DNA from: a bacterium
GTDB lineage: Bacteria > Omnitrophota > Gorgyraeia > Duberdicusellales > 4484-171
Assembly: GCA_021796115.1 (NCBI GenBank)
Contig: JAJYOP010000002.1
Span: forward strand, 6,842 to 70,841
Reading direction: 5' to 3'
Length of the DNA: 64,000 nucleotides
The position numbers and the translations under genes were made by a program. Positions 42,970 to 51,618 of the stretch are shown here, piece by piece (the first letter of the stretch is position 1; each line of letters begins with the position of its first letter). The notes under the pieces are model-generated. The model searched no databases. It was given only the letters and a program-made list of their open reading frames with translations, and was not told the origin of the DNA.

Positions 42970-44760
42970 CTATCTCATTACTGCAGCGACCTGTAAATGT
43001 GAAGTGCGGAAATCAGTTATAATTTTTTTAACTATTTTCCGCAACTCCATGCCATCTTTCGACTTTAATATCACAGAATAACGGAATTTACCCCTTAATT
43101 TATAAGGTTGCTCCTTTAAGGGGCCATGGGCATTCACATTTTCCGCTTTAAATTTTTCAAATAATTCATTTGTGCGCTTAATCAAATTACTTTCGTTATG
43201 AGCGCGCAGTGTAATTTTAGCAACCGTGCCAAAAGGCGGAAGCATCAGCTCATGTCGAAGCTCAAGTTCTTTTTCGTAGATTCCCGTCCATTCGGCGTTT
43301 ATGAGCTCAAAAAGATAATGGTTTTTATTGCGCGTGAAAACATAAAAGTTTTCTTTAAACATCCTTGAGAGGTTTTTTATATAGAGATACGTATCAAAAG
43401 TGGCATCATAATCCAACCGGGACATTTGATAGTCAGCATCGAGTAAAAATCCATTATCGAATTTTTCTTCCGTATAAAGCGCGCCGAGTATTTTTGAAGT
43501 TGCAAGCACAATCTGGGTGTCAGGCTTTCGAAAATCCCATTCGGCAATTTTTACTTCAGGAAAAATCTGGCGCAGTATTAATTCTATTTTTTCAAGGCCA
43601 ACACCGGAGCTGCGAATATATCCGCTGTTGCATAAATCGCAGGTTTTTGAAATGTCGCGTTCCGCCCCGCAATATGGGCATATCCCCTTATTTTTAACCA
43701 GAGAAAGCTTCAAGAATCCTGAACAATTCGAACAGTGGAAAATATACCCGCAGGAAGAACACGCAAGATACGAACCAAATCCGGTTTTGTTCCATAAAAT
43801 CACGACACGCTGCCCCAGGGCGAGATATTTTTGTAGAAATTGGACAAGAACCGGGCTTATTAACTGGCGCCGGTATTCCCCGATATTTACGATTTTTACT
43901 TCGGCCCTTTCTCTACCTTTATCAATTAACTGTATTTTTTTATGCTTAATAAGATTGTAAGCATAAAGGCTGGGATAGTTTGCGCTAAAAATAACATCGA
44001 GATTTCTGGTTTCCGTCAACAAAATTGCTAAATCAAAAAGATGATAAAAGGGTTTTTCTTCTTGAAAATAATACGGGCTATTTTCCTCTTCGATTATAAG
44101 CAAGGCGAGATCTGATGGATAATAAAATAACGCAACCCGCGTACCCAAAATTAAAGATTTTTCTCTGGTCCGAGCCCAATTCTCGAACAACTCTTTTTCA
44201 TTTTGATAGCTATGAATAATCTTTACATTGCTGAAATCTTTCTCGATCAACTTTTGCGCTTCAGTGAGAAGACTAATTTGAGGAAAGATTACAAGGACAG
44301 AGCCATTTTTTAATTTTTCCTGCGCAAAGTTGTGCCAATAATCATAGCGTTCTTTAAAATTCTCCGCTTTAACGAAAACTTTTTTATGAGGTTCGGAAAG
44401 CTTTTGTTTTGCCGGTACGTTTATGGATACCTTTTTTGGTTTACAAAGATATTTTGGCAGCATCATAAAAAAAAATTCACTTTGTTCGTAAGGATAATAC
44501 GTGCTTAATTTTTTAGCAAATTTTATATTCTCCGGAGATAATGCAGGATTTGAATCAAGCACATTGCTAACCGGCTTAATTTTTTGAATACGCGTCGTCG
44601 AATGTATACCGGTTAATATACCAACCTGATTCTTCCCTCTAAAATCAACCAGAAGACGGGAGCCTATGCTAGGATTCATATCTTTTCCTAGCAAATAATC
44701 GAATTCTTGTGTCAGTCCTAACGGCAATGCTACTTTAGCAATTCTCATTTTTATCGGCAA
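42970..44760 (-). CDS. priA: Primosomal protein N' (PriA) homologue lacking Walker A and DEEH motifs
   Basis: N-terminal 3'-DNA-binding-like domain. Cys-rich zinc region CSSCGYIFHCSNCSGFL...CPYCG...CDLCNS. C-terminal domain present. No GxGKT anywhere, and IEEENS replaces DEEH. ATG at 44748 is an alternative to TTG at 44760. Confidence 0.7.
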   Translation of the reverse strand: MPIKMRIAKVALPLGLTQEFDYLLGKDMNPSIGSRLLVDFRGKNQVGILTGIHSTTRIQKIKPVSNVLDSNPALSPENIKFAKKLSTYYPYEQSEFFFMMLPKYLCKPKKVSINVPAKQKLSEPHKKVFVKAENFKERYDYWHNFAQEKLKNGSVLVIFPQISLLTEAQKLIEKDFSNVKIIHSYQNEKELFENWARTREKSLILGTRVALFYYPSDLALLIIEEENSPYYFQEEKPFYHLFDLAILLTETRNLDVIFSANYPSLYAYNLIKHKKIQLIDKGRERAEVKIVNIGEYRRQLISPVLVQFLQKYLALGQRVVILWNKTGFGSYLACSSCGYIFHCSNCSGFLKLSLVKNKGICPYCGAERDISKTCDLCNSGYIRSSGVGLEKIELILRQIFPEVKIAEWDFRKPDTQIVLATSKILGALYTEEKFDNGFLLDADYQMSRLDYDATFDTYLYIKNLSRMFKENFYVFTRNKNHYLFELINAEWTGIYEKELELRHELMLPPFGTVAKITLRAHNESNLIKRTNELFEKFKAENVNAHGPLKEQPYKLRGKFRYSVILKSKDGMELRKIVKKIITDFRTSHLQVAAVMR

Positions 44761-45819
44761 TTAAAGCCTGCAGATTTTTTCTATTGTTTCTTTTAGAACC
44801 GGGCGGATATCGTTGAATTTTATCGGATAATCAGCTTTCAGCTCAGCTTCGCGCCGGATTAAATAATTTAAAGCCTCCATGAAGTCGTCTGGATTGCGGA
44901 CGAATCTTCCAATGTTATGCTTTATCAATATTTTCATATTTTCTTTTTCCTGGCCCGGGATATAACGCAGGAAAATAAAGGTTTTCCGTTTATATGTTCC
45001 CTCAAAGGTGGTCAGCCCTCCGGGCTTGGTCACCAAAACAGAACTAATTTGAAAAATTTCCCATATTTCCTCTGATGAAGGCAAAAATTTAAGATTATCC
45101 ATTTTAAAGCTTTCAAGATACGCTTTAAGCCCAAGATTTTTCCCGTAAATAACGAAAATATTAAATTTATCTTTTATTCGGTTTAAGATTTCGCTGAAAA
45201 AAGGAAAATTCCCGCGTAATGATGACATAAAAAGAATAACTGGCCTTGAGTCAAAAGCAAATTTTTTTCGCAAGCCCATCTCGTCTAATGGCTGCAAAAA
45301 ACCATCCCTTAAGGCAACATAACCGGTGGTGATTCTTGCCGGATCGATACCGCATTTTATTAAATCATTTTTCGTTTCTTCAAGCGGCACAAAGTAAGCA
45401 TCCACTTCTTTATGGCTCCAAAACGGGTGCGCCCGTAAATCAGTAACGATTACAATAAGCTTAATATCGTATTCTTTTTTGAGCTTGGCAACAAAGCTTA
45501 AGGGGAAAAAATGTGTCGCCACTACAACTTTTGGCTTGGTCTTGCGTAAATATTCGAAAAATGGGAAAAAAATGAATTCCTGGACGCGTTCCCAGAAATA
45601 ATGCATAAATCTGTTTTCTGTGGAAACAAAGAGGAAGTTCCAAAGAAAATGGACGCGCTCGGTAGTTAAAACGTAGAGGTAAAGATATATTTTTTTAATG
45701 AAGGGGTAGGAAAAATCAAGAAGGTCTACGCACTCTGCCTTAAGAAAATTCTTTAGCGCGCAAGCTGCACGTTTGTGCCCTTCGCCGAAACTTGCATGAA
45801 CGAGGAGAATTTTATCCAT
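44761..45819 (-). CDS. GT28-type glycosyltransferase (MGDG synthase/UgtP-like)
   Basis: KILLVHASFGEGHKRAACAL N-terminal motif. MurG-like two-domain length. Confidence 0.65.
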   Translation of the reverse strand: MDKILLVHASFGEGHKRAACALKNFLKAECVDLLDFSYPFIKKIYLYLYVLTTERVHFLWNFLFVSTENRFMHYFWERVQEFIFFPFFEYLRKTKPKVVVATHFFPLSFVAKLKKEYDIKLIVIVTDLRAHPFWSHKEVDAYFVPLEETKNDLIKCGIDPARITTGYVALRDGFLQPLDEMGLRKKFAFDSRPVILFMSSLRGNFPFFSEILNRIKDKFNIFVIYGKNLGLKAYLESFKMDNLKFLPSSEEIWEIFQISSVLVTKPGGLTTFEGTYKRKTFIFLRYIPGQEKENMKILIKHNIGRFVRNPDDFMEALNYLIRREAELKADYPIKFNDIRPVLKETIEKICRL

Positions 45820-46360
45820 AATGTGAACATATATAATAAGACGCTATTAAAAGATTATCAAAAATATAATCCGGTTCGAATTCCCACTTGCTGCGATTGG
45901 AAATTTTTTCTTTTCCTGATAAAACAAGGACAGGTTTTGCGCCAAATTCCTTTGCCGCCTTCATGTCGCGAAAAGAATCGCCGATAAAGAATGAGACCGT
46001 AGGGATTTTCTTTAAGTCATCAACCGCCTTATGCATCATCCCGGTTTTGGGCTTGCGGCAGGCGCATTCAGATTCCTGCCTGTGTGTGCAATAATAAATA
46101 CCATCGAGACCGGTTTTGTATTTTTTTAATTCACTAACCATTTTTTTATCGATGTCCTCGAGAGTTTTTGTAGAATAAATTCCTTTTTCAACCCCTGCCT
46201 GATTTGAAATTACAAAAAGGACAAAGCCTTTTTCTTTTAAATTCTTTATAGCCTGGATACTGCCAGGTATGAATTTAAATTCTTTAGGCGAGGCTACATA
46301 ATTTCTATCGCCGGGATATTTGTTTATAACACCATCTCTATCTAAAAATACTATCTTCAT
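45812..46360 (-). CDS. gmhB: D-glycero-D-manno-heptose 1,7-bisphosphate phosphatase (HAD-IIIA)
   Basis: FLDRDGVIN, SNQAG, zinc motif CTHRQESECACRKP, GDS..D. Confidence 0.8.
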   Translation of the reverse strand: MKIVFLDRDGVINKYPGDRNYVASPKEFKFIPGSIQAIKNLKEKGFVLFVISNQAGVEKGIYSTKTLEDIDKKMVSELKKYKTGLDGIYYCTHRQESECACRKPKTGMMHKAVDDLKKIPTVSFFIGDSFRDMKAAKEFGAKPVLVLSGKEKISNRSKWEFEPDYIFDNLLIASYYICSHYG

Positions 46361-46365
46361 TTCTT

Positions 46366-47082
46366 TTATTTTAATCGCTGGCTGCCAAAAAGTAAATGGT
46401 AAATCTCTTTTTGACGCAAAGATTTATATTCCCCGCTTTTTAATTCTCCGAGTTTGAGGCCCCCTATTCTTATACGCTTTAGAGATACAATAAAATAACC
46501 GAGGTTTGAGAAAATCCTTCGCAAGTGCCGTTTCTTTCCTTCAGAGATAACAACATGGCAGAATGTCCGGCCGTTGCGATTGCTTATAATTTTTATCCGT
46601 TTTACCTTAAGTAATTCTCCTTCGGATAATATGCCTTTCTTCGCCTTTTCGATATCCTGTGAAGTTAACTCACTGTTCAGGGCCGCATCATATTCTTTTT
46701 CTATTTCAAAGCTTGGATGTGTGACTCGGTAGCATAAATCACCGTCATTGGTAAGAATTATCAACCCGCTTGTATCCTTGTCCAATCTTCCAACGGGGAA
46801 AATTCCACGAGAGCTTTCCGGAAAGAAATCAACCACTTTTTTATCCGCAAATATGTCTCTACGGGTTGAAATTACGCCCCTTGGCTTATTAAAAATAAAA
46901 TAAACGCGGCATTTGTGCGAAATAATTTGGCCGTCCACGTATACTTTTTGCTTTGGCAATACTCTATAATACGGCTTATCGATTATTTTACCGTCAACCG
47001 CCACTTTACCGGCTTTGATTAAGGCGTCTGCTTTTCTGCGCGAACAGTATCCGCTTTTGCTTATTGCCAGGTTTAAATTCAT
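46366..47082 (-). CDS. RsuA/RluB family pseudouridine synthase
   Basis: N-terminal S4 domain. Catalytic GRLDKDTSGLIILTNDG. Confidence 0.85.
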   Translation of the reverse strand: MNLNLAISKSGYCSRRKADALIKAGKVAVDGKIIDKPYYRVLPKQKVYVDGQIISHKCRVYFIFNKPRGVISTRRDIFADKKVVDFFPESSRGIFPVGRLDKDTSGLIILTNDGDLCYRVTHPSFEIEKEYDAALNSELTSQDIEKAKKGILSEGELLKVKRIKIISNRNGRTFCHVVISEGKKRHLRRIFSNLGYFIVSLKRIRIGGLKLGELKSGEYKSLRQKEIYHLLFGSQRLK

Positions 47083-48326
47083 AATGCAACTCCCGATAGG
47101 GCCCCGGTAATTACATTTTCAATGTAAACGGGAATAATTTGCCCGATTATTTTATTTTTTGAAAAATTATTATTCATTTTAAATTTAACTTTAATGTAAT
47201 TTTCGCTATAACCGCTAAAAAATCCTTCACTATTTTCCTCCGCTACGACATTAAGGGTTTTCCCGGTAAACTTAGTTTTATATTCCAACGAAAATCTATC
47301 GGCTAATTTCTTTATTAAACCATACCGTTCGACAGCTTTTTTGTTGTTGATTTTTTGCCCGGAAAATTTAGTCATTTCACGCGGCGAGAAGGTAAAAATA
47401 TGCATCCGCATTGGTTTTATTTCCTGTATAAAGCTTAAAGTATTTTTAAAATTGCTTTCTTTTTCGTCGGGAAATCCGACAATAAGGTCGCAGCTTATAG
47501 CAATGTCCGGATCCTGCTTGCGCAATTTCGCCACAATTTGCCGATATTCTTCTACTCTTTCTTTTTTATTCATTGCCTTTAAGACGCCATCGTCACCGCT
47601 TTGAAATGGTAAATGCAGATGCGGGCACATTTTCGGATGGTTAAAAAGCGTTATCACTTCATCGTTGATTGAAGAGGGTTCGAGAGAGCTTAAACGCAGT
47701 CTGCCGAGCGAACTTAGCGTAAGGAGTTCATTAAGCAAATTAACTAAACTATTTTTGGGGGTTAAATCTTTTCCGTAAAGCCCTAAGTTTATTCCGCAAA
47801 GCACTATTTCTGTGTGTTTTTCACTGAGCCGTTTTGCTTCTGCGATTATTTCATTTTTGTCTCGGCTGCATGATTTTCCGCGTAAGTAAGGAACTTTGCA
47901 ATATGCACAAAAATTATCGCAACCATCCTGAATTTTTAAAAACGCTCGTTGATTAGAACATTTATCCAGGTTTAATTTCCAAATACCATCTTTTGATGGG
48001 TTTTTACCCTTAACTATATCGACTAAAGATTGTTTATCTTCCTGGCTAACGATAAAATCCGCACCTAATTTCTCTATGGATTCTTTATTCTCCTTGACCC
48101 AACAGCCGCAAACCGCTACTTTTGCTTGAGGATACGCTTCTTTTATTTTTGCGAGGAGCTTTCGCGAGCCAGAATCAGCTTTTGCCGTAACCGAGCAGGT
48201 ATTTATGACATAAAGATCGGCAAGGCCATCAGTAAGCTCAAATCCCGACGAGGTAAAATCCTTTTTTAAAGCTTCCGTTTCATATTGATTGACCTTGCAG
48301 CCTAATGTATAAAATTTTACCTTCAT
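47079..48326 (-). CDS. mtaB: MiaB-like methylthiotransferase, probably MtaB
   Basis: MKVKFYTLGCKVNQYE (UPF0004 domain), radical SAM CDNFCAYC, TRAM-like C-terminus. The ORF-track extension to 48530 crosses a repeat-rich spacer. Confidence 0.8.
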   Translation of the reverse strand: MKVKFYTLGCKVNQYETEALKKDFTSSGFELTDGLADLYVINTCSVTAKADSGSRKLLAKIKEAYPQAKVAVCGCWVKENKESIEKLGADFIVSQEDKQSLVDIVKGKNPSKDGIWKLNLDKCSNQRAFLKIQDGCDNFCAYCKVPYLRGKSCSRDKNEIIAEAKRLSEKHTEIVLCGINLGLYGKDLTPKNSLVNLLNELLTLSSLGRLRLSSLEPSSINDEVITLFNHPKMCPHLHLPFQSGDDGVLKAMNKKERVEEYRQIVAKLRKQDPDIAISCDLIVGFPDEKESNFKNTLSFIQEIKPMRMHIFTFSPREMTKFSGQKINNKKAVERYGLIKKLADRFSLEYKTKFTGKTLNVVAEENSEGFFSGYSENYIKVKFKMNNNFSKNKIIGQIIPVYIENVITGALSGVAL

Positions 48327-48442
48327 ATTTATATGGGAATTCGGTTTACGGTTGCGATGCTCGTTCCTCTCGCTCAGTACGCCCTGAGCGAACGAAGTGA
48401 GTCGAATGGCGTAACTGCAACCGACAGGCGTATTACGACAAA

Positions 48443-49153
48443 TTAATTCAGCAGGTATTTTACAAGACCGGTTAAGAAAACACTTGCGGTTTCCACACGC
48501 AGGATATTCTCCGCTAATTTTATAAAACAAAAATTACGGTTCTTCATTTTATCTATTTCCTGCGGAGAAAAATCGCCCACTGGCCCGACTACGAGGAGAA
48601 TGTTTTCTTTATCGCCAATTTTTATATCTTTTATATAGCTTCCTTCGATATAAGCACATATTTTCGTTTTGTAATCCTTTTGGATTAATTCGTCAAAATT
48701 CAAAATGTCTTTAATCTCAGGAGTCCATAAGCGTTCGGATTGGCGTGTTGCCTCTAGAACTACTCTTTTCCATCTTTCTAGTCTAGCCAATGAAGGGTTT
48801 TCTCTAATACTGCGTTCGCAAATAAATGGCTGAAAGGTATCCACTCCTAATTCTGTGGCTTTTTCCAAGATATATTCCAGTCTTTGTTCTTGTATTAAAG
48901 GGATAGCCAGGACAATTTTCATTTTTATTTCGTTCTCCTGGCGATTAGCACTTCGATTAATAAGTAAGAGCTGTTCACGGCTTATATCGCCGATTTCATA
49001 AACGAATTCTTTGCCGCTGCCGTTAAAAACATAGACCTTTTCGGATTTTTTAAGCGAAAGAACGTCTTTTATTTTGTGCAATGTTTCCTTGCTTTCAATC
49101 GTAATGCTTTCGTTTATTTCCGCATCGGGCAGATATATTCTTGCTTTTGACAT
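48443..49153 (-). CDS. rsmE: 16S rRNA (uracil1498-N3)-methyltransferase
   Basis: RsmE/SPOUT pattern (IEKATELGV, LVVGPVGDFSPQE, LAENILRVETA). Confidence 0.8.
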   Translation of the reverse strand: MSKARIYLPDAEINESITIESKETLHKIKDVLSLKKSEKVYVFNGSGKEFVYEIGDISREQLLLINRSANRQENEIKMKIVLAIPLIQEQRLEYILEKATELGVDTFQPFICERSIRENPSLARLERWKRVVLEATRQSERLWTPEIKDILNFDELIQKDYKTKICAYIEGSYIKDIKIGDKENILLVVGPVGDFSPQEIDKMKNRNFCFIKLAENILRVETASVFLTGLVKYLLN

Positions 49154-49154
49154 T

Positions 49155-49928
49155 CTATTCCCCTAAATCCCTTTCGTTAAAAACTATCGCACGGAATTTA
49201 TAAATAACCGCGCTTTTATCCTTGTATGCGTCTTTGGGGAGCCCGGCTTTATAACATAACTGCTCAAGATAAGTTTCTTTATCCCAACCCTGCTCAACCG
49301 GCACCTGCGGAAGGAAAATTCCAGAATAAAATCCTTTTTGAATCAGAAGACCGTCTTTGCCAACTTCTATTTCATCCAGGTTTTTTATCTTTTCAAACGG
49401 CGCAAGCACAGAAATCTCTATCTCAATATCTTTAAGTTCGTTATAATTTAACGGCTCAAAACGTGGATCATTTACTGCAGAGTCAATGGCAACATTGGAA
49501 ACTACCAGATAAAGCGGCGTATCACTAACTATGCGCCCAATACAACCGCGCAAATCTCCGTTTTTCTTTAGCGTTACAAAAGCGCCTCGTTTTTCGTTAA
49601 GCGCCGGTGATTTTGCTTTAAATTCAGGCACTTTATTGTTGTGCAGGTAGCTTTCAATACTTTTACGCGCAATATCTAACAATTCTTTCTTTTCGTTTTT
49701 ATTTAAAGCAAAATCCTGCATTTTCTCCTCCTTTGGTATTATTTTTCCATTTACACTTTCAATCTTAGCCTCTTTAAAGGCATCATCGACAAAATTATTC
49801 AGTTTGCTTGAGTCGAATGGATAAAATGAACTGCAGAATTTGCATTTCTTTGCATTTTCAGCATTAACGCTTGTATATGAAATCGCAAACAAAAATAATA
49901 AGACGATGGCATTTTTTATCCGCATCAT
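49155..49928 (-). CDS. AMMECR1 domain protein with an in-frame signal-peptide-bearing N-terminal extension
   Basis: RGAFVTLKKNGDLRGCIG is the AMMECR1 core. N-terminus MMRIKNAIVLLFLFAISYTSVNA. An internal ATG at 49721 is preceded by AAGGAGGAG, so a 188-aa cytoplasmic form is equally plausible. Confidence 0.65.
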   Translation of the reverse strand: MMRIKNAIVLLFLFAISYTSVNAENAKKCKFCSSFYPFDSSKLNNFVDDAFKEAKIESVNGKIIPKEEKMQDFALNKNEKKELLDIARKSIESYLHNNKVPEFKAKSPALNEKRGAFVTLKKNGDLRGCIGRIVSDTPLYLVVSNVAIDSAVNDPRFEPLNYNELKDIEIEISVLAPFEKIKNLDEIEVGKDGLLIQKGFYSGIFLPQVPVEQGWDKETYLEQLCYKAGLPKDAYKDKSAVIYKFRAIVFNERDLGE

Positions 49929-49949
49929 AAAACAATTTGAAATAAAAAA

Positions 49950-50022
49950 TGGACCGGAGCGGATTCGAACCGCCGACCTCTTCGTTGCGAACGAAGCGTT
50001 CTCCCAACTGAACTACCGGCCC
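49950..50022 (-). tRNA. tRNA-Ala (anticodon CGC)
   Basis: Acceptor GGGCCGG/CCGGTCC with G3:U70. Anticodon stem CTTCG/CGAAG with loop TTCGCAA. Confidence 0.9.
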
Positions 50023-50133
50023 GAATAATCAAAAAACCGCACTGCGTAATTATTAATTTCACTAAATGAATAGATATTTTGGCAGAGAAACCTTATTCTG
50101 TCAAGAAAGGCAAAAAGGTTACTTAAGAAGGGG

Positions 50134-50520
50134 TTAATTATGATAGTCTATTGTTGCAAATACGCAAAAAGGAGATGGCGATGCGGCATCGCAACTATAA
50201 GCTTGGCCATTTATAGCAACATAATTAAGAACGCCCCGTGCCACTATAGCAACCGTCGTTGGAAGGGTATTACCAGGAATTGGAATCAAATAAGATACTC
50301 CTGACCCCGGTGTTGCTGCAGGGGGCGCGATTGAACCTCTGCGCAATTGTTCTAGGACGTCAACTATACCTGCTTGAGCCGCATAATAAGCGCGGGTTCT
50401 CCTGATTTTATGTTCGGCGATGCGGGACTCGCTGGTCATGAGGCTTAAGGCAACCAAAGCAAGCGTACTAAGAACAAGCATTATACCCACCACAACTACT
50501 AATATAACAGCTTTTTTCAT
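50134..50520 (-). CDS. PilX-N-terminal-domain-like membrane-anchored protein
   Basis: Hydrophobic N-terminal helix followed by SESRIAEHKIRRTRAYYAAQAGI, resembling the PilX_N pattern. No G/FTLIE prepilin cleavage site. Confidence 0.4.
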   Translation of the reverse strand: MKKAVILVVVVGIMLVLSTLALVALSLMTSESRIAEHKIRRTRAYYAAQAGIVDVLEQLRRGSIAPPAATPGSGVSYLIPIPGNTLPTTVAIVARGVLNYVAINGQAYSCDAASPSPFCVFATIDYHN

Positions 50521-50539
50521 TAGCACCTCGTTTGTTTCG

Positions 50540-50743
50540 CTAACCTTTTCTTAAATTTATTTTGTAATCCCCATTCTCAAACCATACCACCACGTGACCT
50601 TCGCGTGCTAACCAGCCTAAACTCATAAGAATAACTTCTTTTGGTTTTTCGATCCCCAAAAGAAGGTCAGAAAGCATAACTTCTCCATGATCATCAAGAA
50701 AATGCCAAATTTCACCGGCTACAATGCCAATTTCCGTAATCAT
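50540..50743 (-). CDS. Small winged-helix protein (DUF2582-like)
   Basis: AGEIWHFLDDHGEVMLSDLL...LMSLGWLAREGHV resembles the DUF2582 winged-helix pattern. Confidence 0.5.
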   Translation of the reverse strand: MITEIGIVAGEIWHFLDDHGEVMLSDLLLGIEKPKEVILMSLGWLAREGHVVVWFENGDYKINLRKG

Positions 50744-50751
50744 ATTTTAAT

Positions 50752-50967
50752 TCATTTATTTAAACTGCCGCAAAATTGACAACGCCAGTATTCTAATGAC
50801 GGTGAGACAAAATATACTGACGCACACACATTGCACTTTTCGCGTCTTAGCTGAATATTTTTTCTTCCAGTTGCCTTTTTTCCTTCCTGAAAAAGCTCAA
50901 AAACAAACCATGCGATAATGCCAATACATAATGCTATGCTCAAAAAAAACGATAATTCAATTTTCAT
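50752..50967 (-). CDS. Small membrane protein with C-terminal zinc ribbon
   Basis: One TM helix, then CNVC...17 aa...CQFC. Confidence 0.45.
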   Translation of the reverse strand: MKIELSFFLSIALCIGIIAWFVFELFQEGKKATGRKNIQLRREKCNVCASVYFVSPSLEYWRCQFCGSLNK

Positions 50968-50968
50968 T

Positions 50969-51532
50969 TTATCTTACCACCGTGTCAAGCTTTGTCCAGA
51001 AAAATTTGTCCTCTAAAAACATTGAAGCTTGCCTGAGATATTCTTGGGATGAAACATTGTCTTGCGAACTAACCGATAATTTTTCCGGAAATGAAAAAAC
51101 AACCTTGCCATAGGGAGAAACAAAAGCCCTATAAGAAATTTTCTCTTTTTCTTGAGATTGCATGCTTTCCGGTTTTTTCCACAGATACAATGGCGCAAAA
51201 TTGTTTTTCAGGTGCCTCTCTTCTTGAAGGTCATCTAAAAACAGAGAAATTTTCTTTGCACGTTGCTCTTTTATTTTTAAATCCGGCTTTTCTAAAGAAG
51301 AAATGAAAAACTCTTTATTAACATCCAGGCCGCGGATAAACGGTATATTGTTTATTGCGCGCGTATCCTCTGGCGCCTTTACGGATGTATAATTCCTGTC
51401 CAGTACTTCCGGCCAAATTAGGACATAAGGCACAAGTTGTGCCGTAACATAGAAGCGAAAAACAAAAAAGAAAACAGCATGCAATAGAATTGAGAGCAAA
51501 AAAGCAAATAAAAGTATTTTAATTTTTGGCAT
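50969..51532 (-). CDS. Membrane-anchored hypothetical protein
   Basis: N-terminal TM helix. The C-terminal region is loosely TonB-C-like in pattern only. Packed 1 nt from the next gene. Confidence 0.4.
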   Translation of the reverse strand: MPKIKILLFAFLLSILLHAVFFFVFRFYVTAQLVPYVLIWPEVLDRNYTSVKAPEDTRAINNIPFIRGLDVNKEFFISSLEKPDLKIKEQRAKKISLFLDDLQEERHLKNNFAPLYLWKKPESMQSQEKEKISYRAFVSPYGKVVFSFPEKLSVSSQDNVSSQEYLRQASMFLEDKFFWTKLDTVVR

Positions 51533-51545
51533 CGAGTCAATATTA

Positions 51546-51573
51546 ATTATATAGTTTACTGGCGTTCAATCAA
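51546..51573 (-). promoter_or_regulatory. Sigma70-type promoter TTGATT-16-TATAAT for the four small genes
   Basis: The minus strand reads TTGATTgaacgccagtaaactaTATAAT, ending 13 nt before ATG 51532. Confidence 0.5.
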
Positions 51574-51618
51574 GATTTTTAAATATTAGCAAAATTCCGC
51601 TATTTTTGTTGAAAAGTC

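Noticed and set aside
48327-48530. 68-aa N-terminal extension of the MtaB-like gene, overlapping the rsmE 3' end
   Set aside because: The conserved MKVKFYTLGCKVNQYE start is at 48326. The extension reads through a hairpin and GTCGAAT repeat spacer and is Cys/Arg-rich nonsense.
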